From Lama glama (Eukaryota): 64,000 nucleotides of DNA. A program made the position numbers and the translations under genes. Where the stretch lies: positions 23,438,001-23,502,000 of the forward strand of contig CM052818.1 of assembly GCA_028534125.1 (NCBI GenBank), read 5' to 3'. Under the pieces are notes generated by a model. That model saw only the letters and a list, made by a program, of their open reading frames with translations, did no database searches and was not told the origin of the DNA. This document shows, piece by piece, positions 37,441 through 51,771 of the stretch; the first letter of the stretch is position 1, and each line of letters starts with the position of its first letter.

Positions 37441-38139
37441 ACCATTAAAAGGAAGTGACAAATCTAATGCCTTTTTATTACTAGAACAGTGTGAGAGCTG
37501 CCCGGCTTCATCCTACAGCTGGATTGTGATTCAGCAAATTTCCTTAGTTTAATAACTTCTGGTATGAGTTTCTCAAAATAGATTCAATCTAGCTGATATG
37601 CTTTTATGTAAGACTTAATTTTTAATTCAAATCAGGGTAAAATACTGTAAATATGTGCCTATGTGCTATTCTGCATCCCTACAGGGTATGTGTCTGGTTA
37701 AGACATGATTCTGCAGGATGCTGCTGTAGGTCTCTTTATCTTGACTGTAGAGGCCAGGAAGGGTCCAGCCAGCAGAGGCTTCCATCTATAATAATACCCG
37801 GAACTTTATGGCTATGTTATCAGTGTTGAGTTGAGAAGGCTGAACTCACAGTGCGTAATCAGAACTGTGGGAGGACAGGGTTTTCTTTTCCCTGTGTCTT
37901 CTTTCCTTCATTCAGGGCAGTCAGGCAATTGCACGTGATTTTAGCCAAGTGCTAAGACCGTAACTGCTGTTTTGTGGACTGGTATATTGAAATTACCTGC
38001 AAAGTAGGAATTTTTAAAAAATTAAGAATAGTTAAGGCAGTAATGTATATACACGAATGCCTGTGAAGCACTCAGTATACCTCTTTCCAATTATATCCTT
38101 CTTCCTCCTCTGCTCCCAGGGAGAGCTACAATCTTGAAA

Positions 38140-40060
38140 TTTTTTTAAATTGAAGCGTAGTTGAATTACAGTGTTATGTTAGTTTCTGGCATACAGCATT
38201 GTGATTCTACATGTATATTCTTTTTCATTATAAGTTATTACAAGGTATTGAATGCAGTTCTCTGTGCTATACAGTAGGACCTTGTTTATCTGTTCTGTAT
38301 ATAGTAGTTTGTATTTCTCTTTATAGCCTTACCTTCTACGTTCTCATATAATATTTTGCTTATATTCATGTTTTTGACATCTGTGTGAAAGGAAACATAT
38401 TGTATGTATTCTGATACTTGCTTTGTTCACTTTAATTTTAGATTTATTCTTATTGATGCATGTAGTTATAGTTCATTTCTTTGTTCTTTGAACATTTGGT
38501 AGTTCATTTCTCCTCTTGGCAAGAATGTGAATTATTTCTAGTTTTTCTTTTCTTTGCTGTTGGAAACAATGATGTTCTAAAGACGTTTATACGTGTCCCC
38601 TGGTGAACAGTATATGCAAAAACAGTATATGGATGATATGTGGATTTCCATTTTGCTACATTTTTTTTCCAGACAGAGTGCTTTTTGCTAGACAATTTTT
38701 GCCACACTAGTTGTTTTCCAAAGTAGTTGTGTTAATTTAATTCTCACTGATAGTGTATTAAAAATTCCGTTTATGTCAATACTTCTTATTGTTTGGTTTT
38801 TAAACTTTTTGTCAGTTTGATACATTTAAAAATGGAATCCCATGGTTTGATTTACACTTTTCTGATTACTAATTAGAGTAGAGTACCTTTTAAAATTTTG
38901 TATTTGTATTTCTGCGTCTGTAAATTGTCTGCTTGCTTTTTGCCCATTTTTCTAATAGGTTTTTCTTTTTCTTATTATGTAGGTTTTCTTTTGTTAACTC
39001 CTTTGTGGATTGTATGTGCTGCAAATGACTTCTCTCAGTTCTTAATTTTAAAGTAGTTGAATTTATCAATCTTTTCCTTTAGGATCTGTGCTTCTTTGTC
39101 TTGTTAAAAAAATTCTTCCTTATCGGGAGTTCATAAAGAAATTCACCAATGTTTTCTTCCAGAAATTTTTCAAGTTTTGCTCTTTTTATTTACATCCTTC
39201 AATTCTATTTGATTTAATTTTTTTCATATGAAAAGCCATTTGCGGCACAATTTACTGCATGGTCCTTCCTGTTCCTCTTTTTCTATCACTTACAATGTTT
39301 GTATGTGTGCTGAGTTCTGTTCTTGGACTCTCTGCTGAGTTCTGTTTATTTATTTTTCTCTCCCTGTGCTAATACCACACAATCACTTGTGGTTGCAAAG
39401 TGCTAAGCGTTGCTGTAGCAATGGCTAACTGAACAGCCGCTTCCAACAGTCCCTTCCTTTGCAGTCTCTGGGAAACTTGCACAAAACTAGAGTGGTTTTT
39501 CCTTGGAACATTTGGTAGAAACGTGCCTGTAAAGCCATCTGGGTATGAAGACGCTTAATTACTGATTAAATTCATTTTGTTAAAGGAGTTTTCGGGTTGG
39601 TTTAATGTTAACTTTCTTTCATCTTTTCATTCTCTGTTGCGTCTGTAGTTGTGTTCCTATTTTAATCACATTTCAAAGAATTTTGTCTTTCTCTTTTTTT
39701 CTCTGGGTTAATATTGCTAAGATTGTCAGTTTAGTATTCTTTTTCAAAAACCAACTACTGGCTTATTTCGTTTTCTTTATTATACCTTTACTGCCTTTTT
39801 AAATTAATTTTTGTTTTTGTCCTTATCATCTTCATTTGGCTTTCTTTGAACTTACTATGTTGTTCTTTTTCTAATGACTTACAGTGCTTAGACTATTAGT
39901 TTTTAGCCACTCTTCCTTAATAATATAAGCACTCCTGGCTTTCCATTTATCTCCAAGTACCGTTTGAGCTGTATCCCGCAAGCTGTGCTGTGTGGCAATT
40001 TTCTCTTTTGTTTAGTTATAAGTGTTTTCTAATGTCATGTAGTTTCTTTTCAGCCCTTTG
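38140..40060 (-). mobile_element. Young L1 3' end (38140-38320) followed by an old L1M body
   Basis: 'ttgaagcgtagttgaattacagtgttatgttagtttctgg' tail, then T-rich decayed antisense L1. Confidence 0.7.
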
Positions 40061-40274
40061 ATTTATTCAACAACATTTAACAGAGATTTTTTTTGTGTGC
40101 CTACTATATGCCGGGGTCTTTTCTAGACCTTTGGGCTATGTCAACTAAAACAAATACGCAGACAGAGAGATCTCTGTGGTGGGGCGGTGGCTAGTATCTG
40201 CCCACGTATCTCCGGAGGGGTGGCTGGCATGCAGCTCCCCTACATGCTGACAGCTTCCTGACTCTCTCAGGCTG

Positions 40275-40690
40275 AGAATGTTGACCTTCACCCATTTCAC
40301 GCACCTCAGCTCCCCTGCCTCTGGCAACCACTAATCTGTTCTCTGTATCTATGAAGTTCTTTTTTTTTTTCTTGTTTGTTGTTGGTTTTTTTCTTTTTTT
40401 TTTTTAAGATTCCACATGTAAGTGAGATCATATGGTATTTGTCTTTCTCTGTCTGACTTCTTTCACTTCGTGTAATGCCCTCAAGTTCCATCCATGTTGT
40501 TGCAAATGGCAAGATTTACTCCTTTATGGTCAAATAATATTCCATTGAACACATATACACTACAACTTCTTTATCCATTCATCCATTGATGGACACTTAG
40601 GCAGTTTCCATGTCTTGGCTATTGTCACTAGTGCTGCAGTGAACATGGGGGTGCAGATACCTTTCTGAGTTAGTGTTTTCATGTCCTTCT
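40275..40690 (-). mobile_element. L1 3' fragment
   Basis: Minus-strand ORF MPFATTWMELEGI...EKDKYHMISLTCG, typical of the L1 ORF2 end. Confidence 0.9.
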
Positions 40691-40699
40691 TCAGTTTTA

Positions 40700-41660
40700 T
40701 ATTGGATACTCTGGGTAGGTTTCATTGGGATGGTAGCATCTGAACAAAGATCAAGGAAGTGACAAATTTAGCCATGTGGTTGTCTGGGGGAGGAACATTC
40801 CAGAAGAGGTACCAGTCTGTGTACAGACTAAGTTGAAGAATGTGGTCGGTGTGTTTGAAGAACAACCAGGACCTCAATGTGGCTGGATGAGCAACATGGA
40901 AATTAGTAGGAAAAGAGATTAAAAAGGGAGTGGAATCAGTTCATGTGAAGTTCTTTAGACCATTAGATGGTTAGATGCATTTTCGTTTATACTCTGAGTG
41001 AGATGGGGAGACACTTAAATTTTGTAAAAAGGAATGACACGATTGGCTGTAAGTTTAAAAAGGAGCACTGGGACTGCTGGGGTGAGAATGGTCTCTAGAG
41101 GGCCATAACTCAAGGAGGTCTATTTAGAGGTTACTGCTGTAATTCAGATGATGGATAAAGTGGTTTTCTTGAGAGTGGGGACAGTGAAGATGCTGCGTAG
41201 TTGTCACTCTGCCAATATTTTAAAGTCAGAGCCAAAGAGATTTCCAGATGGCTGACCTACGAGACATGAGAGGAAAAAAGGGATCCAGAGTGAATCCAGA
41301 ATTTGGCTTTAGCTATCCACTAGGGTGTACAGGGCTGTGGGCGGAGCAAGCTTAGGGGAGAAAATTTTAGACATGTAACTTTGAGGTGTCAGAATATACA
41401 TGATATTTAAAGGTCTGAGATTGGATAATATCACCACAGGTGTAGAGAAAGAAGAGTAAAGGCCAAAGATCTAAGCTGCTGGTCTCTCCAACATGAGGGG
41501 ATTGGTGAGAGGAGGAGGAATTTGCAAAGAAGACTTAGAAGGAATGATCGAAGGAGTACATTATGGTGTCCTGCGAGCCAAGAAAAAAAGTTTTTCAAGG
41601 ATCAACTGTACTAAATACCATTGAGTAGTCATAATGGATGAGCAGTGAGAACTGGACATT
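40700..41660 (-). mobile_element. L2 fragment
   Basis: 'gaggaacattccagaagagg', 'tactctgagtgagatgggga', 'ttttaaagtcagagccaa', 'tggtgtcctgcgagccaagaaaaaaagtttttcaagga'. Confidence 0.8.
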
Positions 41661-41661
41661 G

Positions 41662-42690
41662 AATTTTTTTCCAGTTTTATTGAGATGTAATTGACATACA
41701 GTACTGTGTAAGTCTAAGATGTACAGCATCATGATTTGACTTACATATATTATGAAATGATTAATAAGTTTAGTTGACATCCATCGTTTCATACAGCTAG
41801 AAAAGAAAAGAGAAAGGAAAAATGTGGGGGGTTTTTTTGTGATGACAATCCTTAGGATTTACTTTTATAATGACTTTCAAATGTGACATACAGCAGTGTT
41901 AACTATAGTCATCATGTTGTATATTGTATCCCAAATACTTATTTCTCCTATGACTGGAAGTTTATATTTTTTGACCACCTTTATCCAATTTTTACTTTCC
42001 CCACCCTCTGCCTCTGTTAACTACAAATATGATTTCTTTTTCTTTACTTTTTTCCCTTTAGATTCCACATATAAGTGAGATCAAATCCTATTTCTCTTTC
42101 TCTGACTTACTTAGCTTAGCATAATACCTTCAAGAGCCATCCATGTTGTTGCAAATGTAATATATGTATCACAACTTTATCCATTTATCTGTTGTACACT
42201 TATGTTGCTTCCATGGCTTGGGTGTTGTAAATAATGCTACTGTGAAAATTCGGGTGCAGATATTTCTTTGACATCGTGTTCTTGTTTCCTTTGGGTATAT
42301 TTCCAAAAGTGGAATTGCCGGGTCAGGTGATAGTTCTATTTTTAATTTGAGAACCGCCCCCCCCCACTGTTTTCCATAGTGGCTGTACCAATTTACAGTC
42401 TCACCAACAGTGAATAAGGGTTCCCTTTTCTCCACCTTCTCCCCAGCATTTATCTCTTGTATTTTTGATGGGAGCCATTCCAACAGGCATGAGGTGATAT
42501 TTCATTGTGGTTTCGATTTGCATTTCCCTAATGATTACTGGTGCTGAGTACCTTTTCATATATCTCTTGACCATTTGTGTGTCTTTTATGAGAAATGTCT
42601 ATTCAGGCCCTTTGCCCATTTTTAAATTGGATTATCTGTTCTTTTGCTATTGAGTTGTACGAGCTCTTTATTTATTTTGGATATGTATCT
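41662..42690 (-). mobile_element. L1 (L1MA-like) 3' region
   Basis: Minus-strand ORF with DPAIPLLEIYPKE; tail 'ttttttccagttttattgagatg'. Confidence 0.9.
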
Positions 42691-43299
42691 GTGACAGATG
42701 AGAGGTCTACTAAAAAAACTTTTGGCAGTAAATCCAGGTTTTGAAAGTCTGAAAATTTATTTCTTCTACCCTTGTTCTTGAAGATAGTTTCACTGGGCAC
42801 AGAAGTATAATTTGGCAGTTCGTTTTTCTTAGTATTTTTGCAGAGATTCTACTGTTCTATTCCACTGTCTTTTGGATGCCAGTGTGGCTTGTGGACGTCA
42901 ACTGACAGACTAGACTGTTGTTCCTCTGTAGGTGGTGTGACTTTTCTCTTTGGCTGCTTTTCTATGTCTGTTTTGTCTGCAGCTCCATAGAGCAGGTCTA
43001 GGTATGGATTTCTTTTTCTTCATCTTGGGCTTCTAGGGTTTCCTGAATTTGAGAAATTCTCTCTTGAAACAGTTCTGAAAGACCCAAAGCCAATATCACT
43101 ATAAATTTTACCTCTCTCCTATTCTCTGTGGAGAATTTTCTTCTGGAGCTGTAATTAGACATATACTAGACCTTCTCATTTTATTCCCCATGCCTCTTTA
43201 CTTCTATTGCACTTTTCTCTTCTTAAAAAAATTCTGAGGAGCATATTGTTTAATATGTTTAGTTCTGTTTATTTTTTTGTCTAATTTGCTCTTAACCCA

Positions 43300-43690
43300 C
43301 TTGCATCAGTCAATTAGGCTAGGCTAGGCTCCAGAGACATTTAAACCCTAATCTCTTAATGGCTTTAAACATGAAGTTTATTTCTCATTTATGCAAATTG
43401 CTCTGAGGGTCCAGCAGTTTTGTAGAGCAACTCTCTTTTACACTGGGGTCCAGGAATCCAATTTGCTTACATTTTGTGGATTTACCATTTCAACATGGGG
43501 ATTCAAGGCTTGCCACAGCAGGGAAAGAGAGAGTATGGAGAACTTCTACCTGTTTTTAAGTGCTTTAGAGCAGAAGGGACACATATGACTTCTGCTAATG
43601 GCCTATTAGCCAGAAATAATCACATTGGCCACAAACTAATTTCAAAGGAGGATATAAATTTAGAGGAACACATGGAATAACAATAATGAC
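43300..43690 (-). mobile_element. Old MLT1 (MaLR) LTR
   Basis: 'atcagtcaattaggctaggctaggct..aatggctttaaacatgaagtttatttctca..cacatatgacttctgctaa'. Confidence 0.55.
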
Positions 43691-44514
43691 CTCTGAAAAT
43701 CTTCTAGGTTTTAAATTCCTATTTCTATATTAACTGAATGATTTGTATTGCCATATAAATGTATTAGCAATATAAAATTATATGTACAGCCTAATAAATT
43801 ATTATAAAAAATTCTTCCATATAACTGCCTCCTAGGATAAGAACCTTATTAGCACTTCAAAGCATACCATTTGCCTCTCATCATAATCTTCCTACCTCCA
43901 AAGGTAACCACTATTCTGACTTTTATGATAATCATTTCCTTACTATTCTTTACAGTTTTCCATTTATAAATGCACTCCTATATAATATAGTTTAGTTTTG
44001 CCAGTTTTGGACTTTATATATACTGTACATTTAAAAAAAATTTTTTGCTTGTGTTACGTGATTCGGCTGTTCCTGCACATAGTTGTAGTTTGTTCATTCC
44101 ATTTGTCAGCTATGGGTGGACATTCAGATAGTCTGCAGGGTTTGGTTTGGTTTTGTCTTTGTATCATGAGCAGTGCTGCTATCCCCATTCTTGTATGGTG
44201 CCTAGGACACGTGAGCATGAGTTCCTTTATGCATTAGTGGAATTATAGGGAGGGGGATTTTTCCACTCTGATAGATAATGCCAAACTTTTCCAAAGTGTA
44301 TGTATCAATGTATTCTCTTACCAACTGTATATAAGATTGTGAGATTCCCCTTGCTCTACATACTTGCCAAATTTGACACTGTCAGGCTTTTAAAAATTTG
44401 CCAATGTGTTTTAGTATGTAATAGGGTATTATTCGAATTTTACTTTTTACTTCCCTGAGTACTAGTAAGATCGAATACTTTTTGATATGCCCATTGGCCA
44501 TTTGTGTTGTCTTT

Positions 44515-45654
44515 CTTCCCAGTTTTATTGAGGTATTATTGACATGAAGCACTGTATAACTTTAAGGTGTACAGGCTTGACTTACATATATCATGAAATG
44601 ATTATCACAGTAAGTTTAGTGAACATTCATCAGCTTATATAGATACAAAATTAAAGAAATAGAAAAAAAGTTTCTTTTATGATGAGAACTCAGGATTTCC
44701 TCTCAACTTTTATATGTAATATGCAACAGTGTTAATTATATTTATCATGTTTTACACTACCTTCTCAGTACTTATTCATCTTATAACTGGAAGTTTGTAC
44801 CTTTTGACTACCTTTATCCAATTCCCCCCAAAGTTGCTGACCTCTTAAGTTCAAATGTATTTTAACAACCTTGCATTTTACCCACCCTACCATGTTTGAC
44901 ATCATATTTTACACCTCTTTGTTTAGTGTTATCCCTTAACTACTTATATAAACGTTTTTACTAATTTTATGTTTTAACCTTCTTACTAGTTTTATACATA
45001 GCTAATTTGCTGCCTAATAAGCTAGAGAGAAGATTCCAGAATGGCTCTTGCCAGGACCAGTGTCCTCACGTTAAAAGGAACTCAGAAAAATGGCTGCCAT
45101 CAGTGCCTGTGTCCCCAGGGTGAGTTCCCATTGCCTCCTGCCTCTTCAGTAGGCTCTCCAAGGGTGCAACTGACCCAGGCTCCTTTTAAATCACTGCTTC
45201 TGCCCTGGATCCCAAAGTGTGTGAGGTTTTGTGTGTTCCCTTTAAGAGTGGAATCTCTACTTCCCACAGTCCTCTGGGTCTCCCAAGAGTAAGCCCTGCT
45301 GGCCATCAAAGCCAAACATTCTGGGGGCTCGTCTTCCTGGTGCAGGAACCCTGGGCTGGGAGCCTGATGTGGAGCTCAGACCCCTTCCTCCTTGGGGAGA
45401 ACCTCTGCAATTATAAGTATCCTTCTGTTTCTGGGTTGCCCACCTAGGGGTGTGGGTCTTGACTCTACCATGTCTCCATCCCTCCTACCCATCTCATTGT
45501 GGTTCCTTCTTTATGTCTTAAGCCATAGAAGATTTTTTTTGCTAATCTGATTTTTCTCATCAATAGTTGCTTTGTAATAGTTGTAATTTTGGTGTGCCCA
45601 AGGGAGGAGGTGAACTCAGGGTTTTCCTACTCCACCATCATGTCTACTCCATGC
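44515..45654 (-). mobile_element. Internally deleted L1 (5'UTR + inter-ORF piece + 3' end) nested in an older L1
   Basis: The minus strand starts with the L1 5' signature 'atgatggtggagtaggaaaaccctgagttcacctcctccc' and ends in the same 3' tail as 41665-42010; imperfect TSD TTGTGTTgtCTTT / TTGTGTTtcCTTT at about 44502 and 45655. Confidence 0.7.
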
Positions 45655-46815
45655 TTGTGTTTCCTTTTTTATTTTTATTTTTGTGAAGTGCCTGTTCAAG
45701 TCTTGTCTATTTTTTTAAAAAAACAACTTCTTTGTATTTTTTATTCTAGCAATTTAAAAATATTTTTAAAATTTCTTCTTAATATATGCCCCATGTCAGT
45801 TCTTTTAAATCTTTAAATAGAGTAAACATGCTTAAGAGTTTTTATCCCAGAATTCTAATATTTTCTGCTTAAGTGGATCTGATCTTGTTATTTCTACTGA
45901 GTTTTTGCCCACAGTGGGCTGATTCCTTATGTGTTTTCTGTTTGTTTGTTTTTTGATTGTGAATTCCTGTTCCTTGGGAATTTATCTGTAGAAGTTCTTT
46001 CAGTCTTTGATTTTAAGGTGTTTTCTTCCAGAACACTTAAATTGCCTCTGCTTGGTGCCAGAGAGTACTACTAATTCATGACCGCTTCAAATTATTGGCT
46101 AAGGCTAGTGGGGAGCTTCAGAAGCAAGTATTATGATTTCAGTTTCAATTCAATTGAGATTAGTCTTCTGGTTAAGAATTTTTAGGAGACATGATCACTC
46201 CTCCTCATCCCAGAGCTAATGGAAAAGAAATAGGCAAATGTCTTTATTTCGTCCTTGTACAGTATCTTTAAAAAAAAAGTCCAAGTTTATTCTTTCTCTA
46301 AGTCATCAGCTGTAGGGGATTTGATTTTATTTTACTTTTTTGTGGGTCTCTGATCCAGCTTCCCACTTGGTGTGGTCCCTTCCTCTATTCCTGTTCTGCA
46401 GACACACAGCCTGGTGAGCATGAAGCTGCAGGCCTCTGGGGATCAGCAGATGCTCCCATGACAGAACCTGCATCAGCATTTTGTTCCCTCTCGGATTCTG
46501 CTCCTTGTCACTTTGAGCCTCTAAAGATTGCTCTCAATTTCTTGTCAGTTCTTCTGTGCAATTGTAGAGGTTTCTCTTCTGTTCTTTTTCTCCCCCGACT
46601 CCCTGCCCCGATTCTTGAAATATTCTGTACTATGAGGATTTCTCATAATATCTGATGGTTCATATTGTGGAAAAAGAAGTGAAACTCTTTTTTTTTCTTA
46701 AAATGTAGATTCAAGATAATCATTATAAAATGTTGCTCTCCCCTGCTTTATCTTATTTCTTTAGTAGGATGGAAATTGTTGGGGTTAATCCTAATAGATT
46801 AGAAATGTCCATGTG

Positions 46816-46921
46816 GAAAAGAAATATATGTATGTGTCTGCATGACTGGGACATTGTGCTGTACACCTGACATTGATGCATTGTAACTGATGGTACTTGG
46901 ATTAAAAAAAGAAAGAAAGAA
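46816..46921 (+). mobile_element. Very short 5'-truncated young L1
   Basis: L1 terminal sequence plus an A/GAAA tail; perfect 15-bp TSD AGAAATGTCCATGTG at 46801-46815 and 46922-46936. Confidence 0.9.
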
Positions 46922-47434
46922 AGAAATGTCCATGTGAGTGGGCTATATGGCCAGAGGGGAGAAGACTTGAAAATTAGACAGTGAGAGAAGCTGGCTGAGA
47001 GGATGCTACCTTTAAATCACACTTATTTCACCTTGGATATTGATAAGAAGAACTAAGAAGGGAAAATATTTTGATTGCTGTTGAAAGTGATTTCACAAAT
47101 TGCCTATTTAAATTTAATGACTGAAGGAATTAGAGTAGAATCAATTTTCTTTGGAAATAGTGTGTTTAATATATTGTTTAAGGTTGGTTTAACAAATAAT
47201 AAAATGTACACAGTTGTCTTACAGACACTGTTGACTAACATGGGAACATTGATTTGCCAGTACAGCGGGTCTCTAATCTATGTCATTTAACAACACATAG
47301 CAATTATTGATCTGAAAAACTTTTATTACTAGTGCAAAATGGTCAGTTTTGATTTTTGGATTGTTTTCAGCTAGCAGGTGAAATTTATTCTTATTTTAAG
47401 AAGAATGTCTCTGGCTATTTAAATGATGTGTAAG

Positions 47435-47698
47435 TCTTATAGTCACCAGGGAGAAAGCGGGTAGGAAGGGATAAATTTGGGAGTTCAAGATTTACAAGTA
47501 TTAACTACTATATATAAAAATAGATAAAAAATAAATTTCTTCTATATAGCACAGGGAACTAGATTCAATATCTTGTAATAACCTTTAATGAAAAAGAATA
47601 CAAAAATGAATACATGTATGTATATGTATGACTGGGACATTATGCTGTATACCAGAAATTGACACATTATAACTGACTATACTTCAATTAAAAAAAAG
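47435..47698 (+). mobile_element. L1 3' end
   Basis: 'gggataaatttgggagtt..tatagcacagggaacta..tgactgggacattatgctgta..cttcaattaaaaaaaa'. Confidence 0.9.
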
Positions 47699-48599
47699 GC
47701 ATAAAAATCCATTAAACAGTGTAAAAACATAAACAGGATATAAAGTTCTTCATATATTTTCATCTAAACAAAAGCATAGAGATTATTTTTAACAATTATG
47801 AAACAAACTTTTGAATTTCTAGATGCAATTGCTAAAAGATAATTCTGAAATCATAATTTTGATTGTCTTTTTACTAATTCCTGTTGCCTAAGTTACATAA
47901 TTTAAATATTTAATATTCAATATACTTGACTTTTAAGAAACAATTTTGTGTAAGTCCGGGGCAAATATATAAACCTTATATAATGCCACCTTCATTGAAG
48001 GTTAAGAATGATTAGGCTTGAAGCTCAACAGCAAATCATCTTTTATGAAAGAAAAATGAATTTTAGTATATTTTAATAATATCCTTTTTAGTTCCTTATC
48101 CACAAAATTAAGCATTAAAGAAACCATTCACTTTGTAACTTAAGTTTAACCTATAAAACATGCCTGTAGTATTGTTAAATTTGTTATATACTTTAACTGT
48201 TGCTTTTGGCTGGAATGGTCTAAGACCTAATAATTTTGCAGTGTTGACTTGTGTACATTATTTTACAGATTTTATGGGTAGCATTATTCTTTAAAAAAAT
48301 CTTTCCCTATTAAGAAGTTCAGTGAGTTAAAAGTGAATGCTAATATTTATTTAAAAATAAAATAGCCAATAAAGCAAAATTTTCTTTTTAGTGTATTTTT
48401 AAGTGAAATTATAATTTTTTATTACTGGTTTATATTACTTCAGCCAGGGCAGAATGTATTAACAGTAGAATTTATATAACCAGTGGAAGGGACATTGATA
48501 GGAATCCAAGGACGAGGACTAGTAAGTATGGGGAAAACTTCCTAGTGTTAAATGTTATTTAAGCTCCACTTAAAAAAAATAAATTCATTAAACAGCATT

Positions 48600-49135
48600 C
48601 CTCTGTGGCAGAGTGCTAACTGTTCTCCAGTAACCATTCTCCCATTCTTTATAGAAATAACACCTCCCAGCCCACATTGTAGCTGGGCACAAAGACGCAC
48701 AACTTGATCACCTTTCCCAGATTCCCCGATAGCTAGGTGGGGCTGTAGACACGTGTATGCCACAGAAGTGTGGGTGTACATGGTACGTGCAACATTATAG
48801 CCATATTCTCTGTGAGGGAAGCTTCTTGCCCTTCATTTTTTCTTCTTCCTCCTCTGACAGCGTGGAACATGCAGATGAGACACTGCAGAGCTAGCTCTAG
48901 TCATACATGGTAGGGTAGCACCCCAGGGACAGCAAAGCAAGAAAGGAGGATCTGGGTCCTTGGACACCTCCTGGGACTGAGCCTACCTTTCCACCTACCA
49001 ATCCTATCCTGGGACCATCTGCCAATTCTAGAATGTTGGATAAGAGAAAAGGATTTCTGTCTTCACTGAGCCGACTGAGATGCTGTGTTTGTGAGTCTTA
49101 TAAATATAGCAGTTTGGTCTCCATCTTAAGCAATA
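48600..49135 (+). mobile_element. Old MLT1 (MaLR) LTR
   Basis: 'tgtggcagagtgctaactgttctcca..tttcccagattccccgatagctaggtgggg..' with an MLT1-like end. Confidence 0.55.
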
Positions 49136-49184
49136 TATCTAAAAGTAAGCCAATATGACTTCTATGTCTGTGATGTTAGGTAAG

Positions 49185-49332
49185 GTCACCATCAGCCTGG
49201 TGGCTGTTGAGCACTTTAAATATGGCTAGTGAGAGTGAGGAACTGAATTTTTTTACTGTATTTAGTTTTAATTCACTTAAATCTAAATAGCACATATAGC
49301 TAGTGGCTACCATAGTGGGCAGCACAGCTCTA
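49185..49332 (+). mobile_element. MER3-like fragment
   Basis: 'tggctgttgagcactttaaatatggctagtgagagtgaggaactgaatttt..gctagtggctacc..cagcacagctcta'. Confidence 0.75.
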
Positions 49333-49659
49333 AAATTTTAGACATTTTGTATACGACTAATAGGTTAAAACTTACACATTTATCAAGTTAAAATTTTACA
49401 GGGACAAAAATATTGTTTACACAAACTTTGTAAGTGAAATAACAATGGACACTTGATCAACATGTATTTGTGCCAGTCCATGTATACGGGGATGTTTTTC
49501 ACTAAATATATACTACATACAGTACCACGTGATCTGTGGTTCGTTGAACTTGTGTATGTGGGACTGCTTTACAGAGAACTGACTATAAAGTTATACATGA
49601 ATTTCTTGATTTCATCCATAGTTAGTGCCCCTGGCCCCTGAGTTCTTCAAAGTTCACCC

Positions 49660-50850
49660 ATACAGTTGACATGTAATATCATGGTAGTTTTAGGTGTACT
49701 ACATGGTGATTTGACATTTGTATACGTTATGAAATGATTATGAAAACATGTCTAGTAACCATCTGTCTCCATACAAAGTTATTACAATAGTATTGACCAT
49801 ATTTCTTACACTATATATTGCATCTCAGTGGCTTATTTATTTTATACCTGGGGGTTTGTACATCTTAATCCCTTTCACCAATTTTGCCTACTCCCCCACT
49901 GCCATCCTCTGTGGAAACCACCTGTTTGTTGTCTGTATCTGTAAGTCTGCTTTTGTCTTATTTTGTTTGTTTCTTGGTTTTGTTTTTTAGATTCCACATG
50001 TAAGTAAGATTATATGATATTTGTCTCTGACTTATTTCACTTAGTATAATATCCTCTAGATCATCCATGTTGTCCCAAATGGCAAGATTTCATTTTTTTT
50101 ATGACTGAGTAACATCCAACTGTATATATATATATATATATACACACCACATCTTCTTTATTCATTCATCTGTCAGTGGACACTTAGGTTGCTTCTATAT
50201 CTTGGCTATTGTAAATAATGCTGTGATAAACACTGGGATGCAGCTATCTTTCAAATTGGTGTTTTTGCTGTCTATGGAAAATGCTCAGAAATGAAATTGC
50301 TAATCACATGGCAGTTCTATTTTTAATTTTTTGAGGAAACGCCATACTATTTTCCATAATGGCTGCACCAGTTTACAAACCCATCAACAGTGTACAAGGG
50401 TTTCCTTTTCTCCATATCCTCACCAGCACTGGTTATTGTGTCTTTTTAGGATAGGCATTCTGACAGGTATAGGGTGTATCTCATGATTTTAATTTGCATT
50501 TCCCTGATAATAAATGATGTTGAACATCTTTTCATGTGCCTGTTGGCCATCTTTATGCCTTTTTTTGGAAAAAAAACTCTATTCAGGGCCTCTGCACATT
50601 TTTTAATCAAGTTGTTTGTTTTTTTAATGTCGAGTTGTCTGAATTCATTGTCTATTTTGAATATTAACTTCTTATCAGATGTATCTCCATTCAGTAGGCT
50701 GCGTTTTCATTTTGTTGATAGTTTCTTCACTATGCAAAAGCTTTTTAGTTTGATGTAGTCCCATTTGCTTATTTTTGCTTTTGTTTCCCTTGCCTGAGGA
50801 GATAGATCCAAAAAAGTATTCCTAAGACTGATGTCAAAGAGTATACTGCT
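49660..50850 (-). mobile_element. L1 3' region
   Basis: Minus-strand peptide '..[27 protein letters not shown]' (L1 ORF2) followed by 3'UTR. Confidence 0.9.
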
Positions 50851-51126
50851 TATGAAATAGTGTCTGCCAGTACTTGGACTGTTTGACTTAATCCAATTCC
50901 TTCTATCCACCCTATTTACACAGGATGAGAACAGCACATTTAAAAACATGGTATATTTAACAGAATGTAATACTTATATATATATTAATATTTCCTCCTC
51001 ACATTAATAGTACAAAGCGATTCTATTTTGATTGGATCATCTTTCTTCTGTAGTTTGGTGTTAATTCTCTCTGTTCTTAAAATAACATGATGGGCATTTA
51101 ATTGTTCCATTTTTACTAACTGAAAT

Positions 51127-51771
51127 TGATGCATGAAAACAGATGTGGGGCATGAGGAGGGCCGTGTCCAGGTCTCAGGTGAACCCCTGGAACGTGCCCC
51201 GCTAAGTGTGGGTCCTTGGCTTTGCGCAGGAAATAATTCAAGTGTGAGCCACGTTTGAGTAAAGGTAGAATTATTTAGAAAGATACATACTGCATAGAGT
51301 GTAAGGCAAGAGAAAGGCAAGGAAAGAGGTGTGGGAATTGGGTGCTCAGATTAAAAGTAGGTACACATTCCATAGACAGAATGTGGTCTGTCTCCAGAGA
51401 GGGAGACAGAGGCTGCTGCATGAGGCACTGTGTTGCTGGTTTTTATGGGCTTGGTGGCTTCGTATGCTAGTAAGTGGAAGGACCAGTCTAAGTAGCCTGG
51501 GGAAGGGGCTGGGATTCCCAGGAAGTTGGCCATTTCCCACTCTTTGTCCTTTGATGACTACCCTTGGGACTGCCATGGTGCCCGTGGGCATTATTCACCA
51601 TGCTAATATATTACAGTGAGCATATAATGAAGCTCAAGATCTACTAGAACTTAAATCTCTCATCATCTTGAGCCTCAAGGCCTACTGGGGGTTGAATCTT
51701 TCACCATTTTGTTGTTAATTGCTGTAGCATTCCTTGAATGGCTGTGCCCTGCCCCCTTCTATGCTGTCTCA
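51127..51771 (-). mobile_element. ERV1-type solo LTR
   Basis: TG...CA termini with 4-bp TSD AAAT (51123-51126 and 51772-51775); the minus strand has AAATAA and a U5-like end. Confidence 0.8.
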
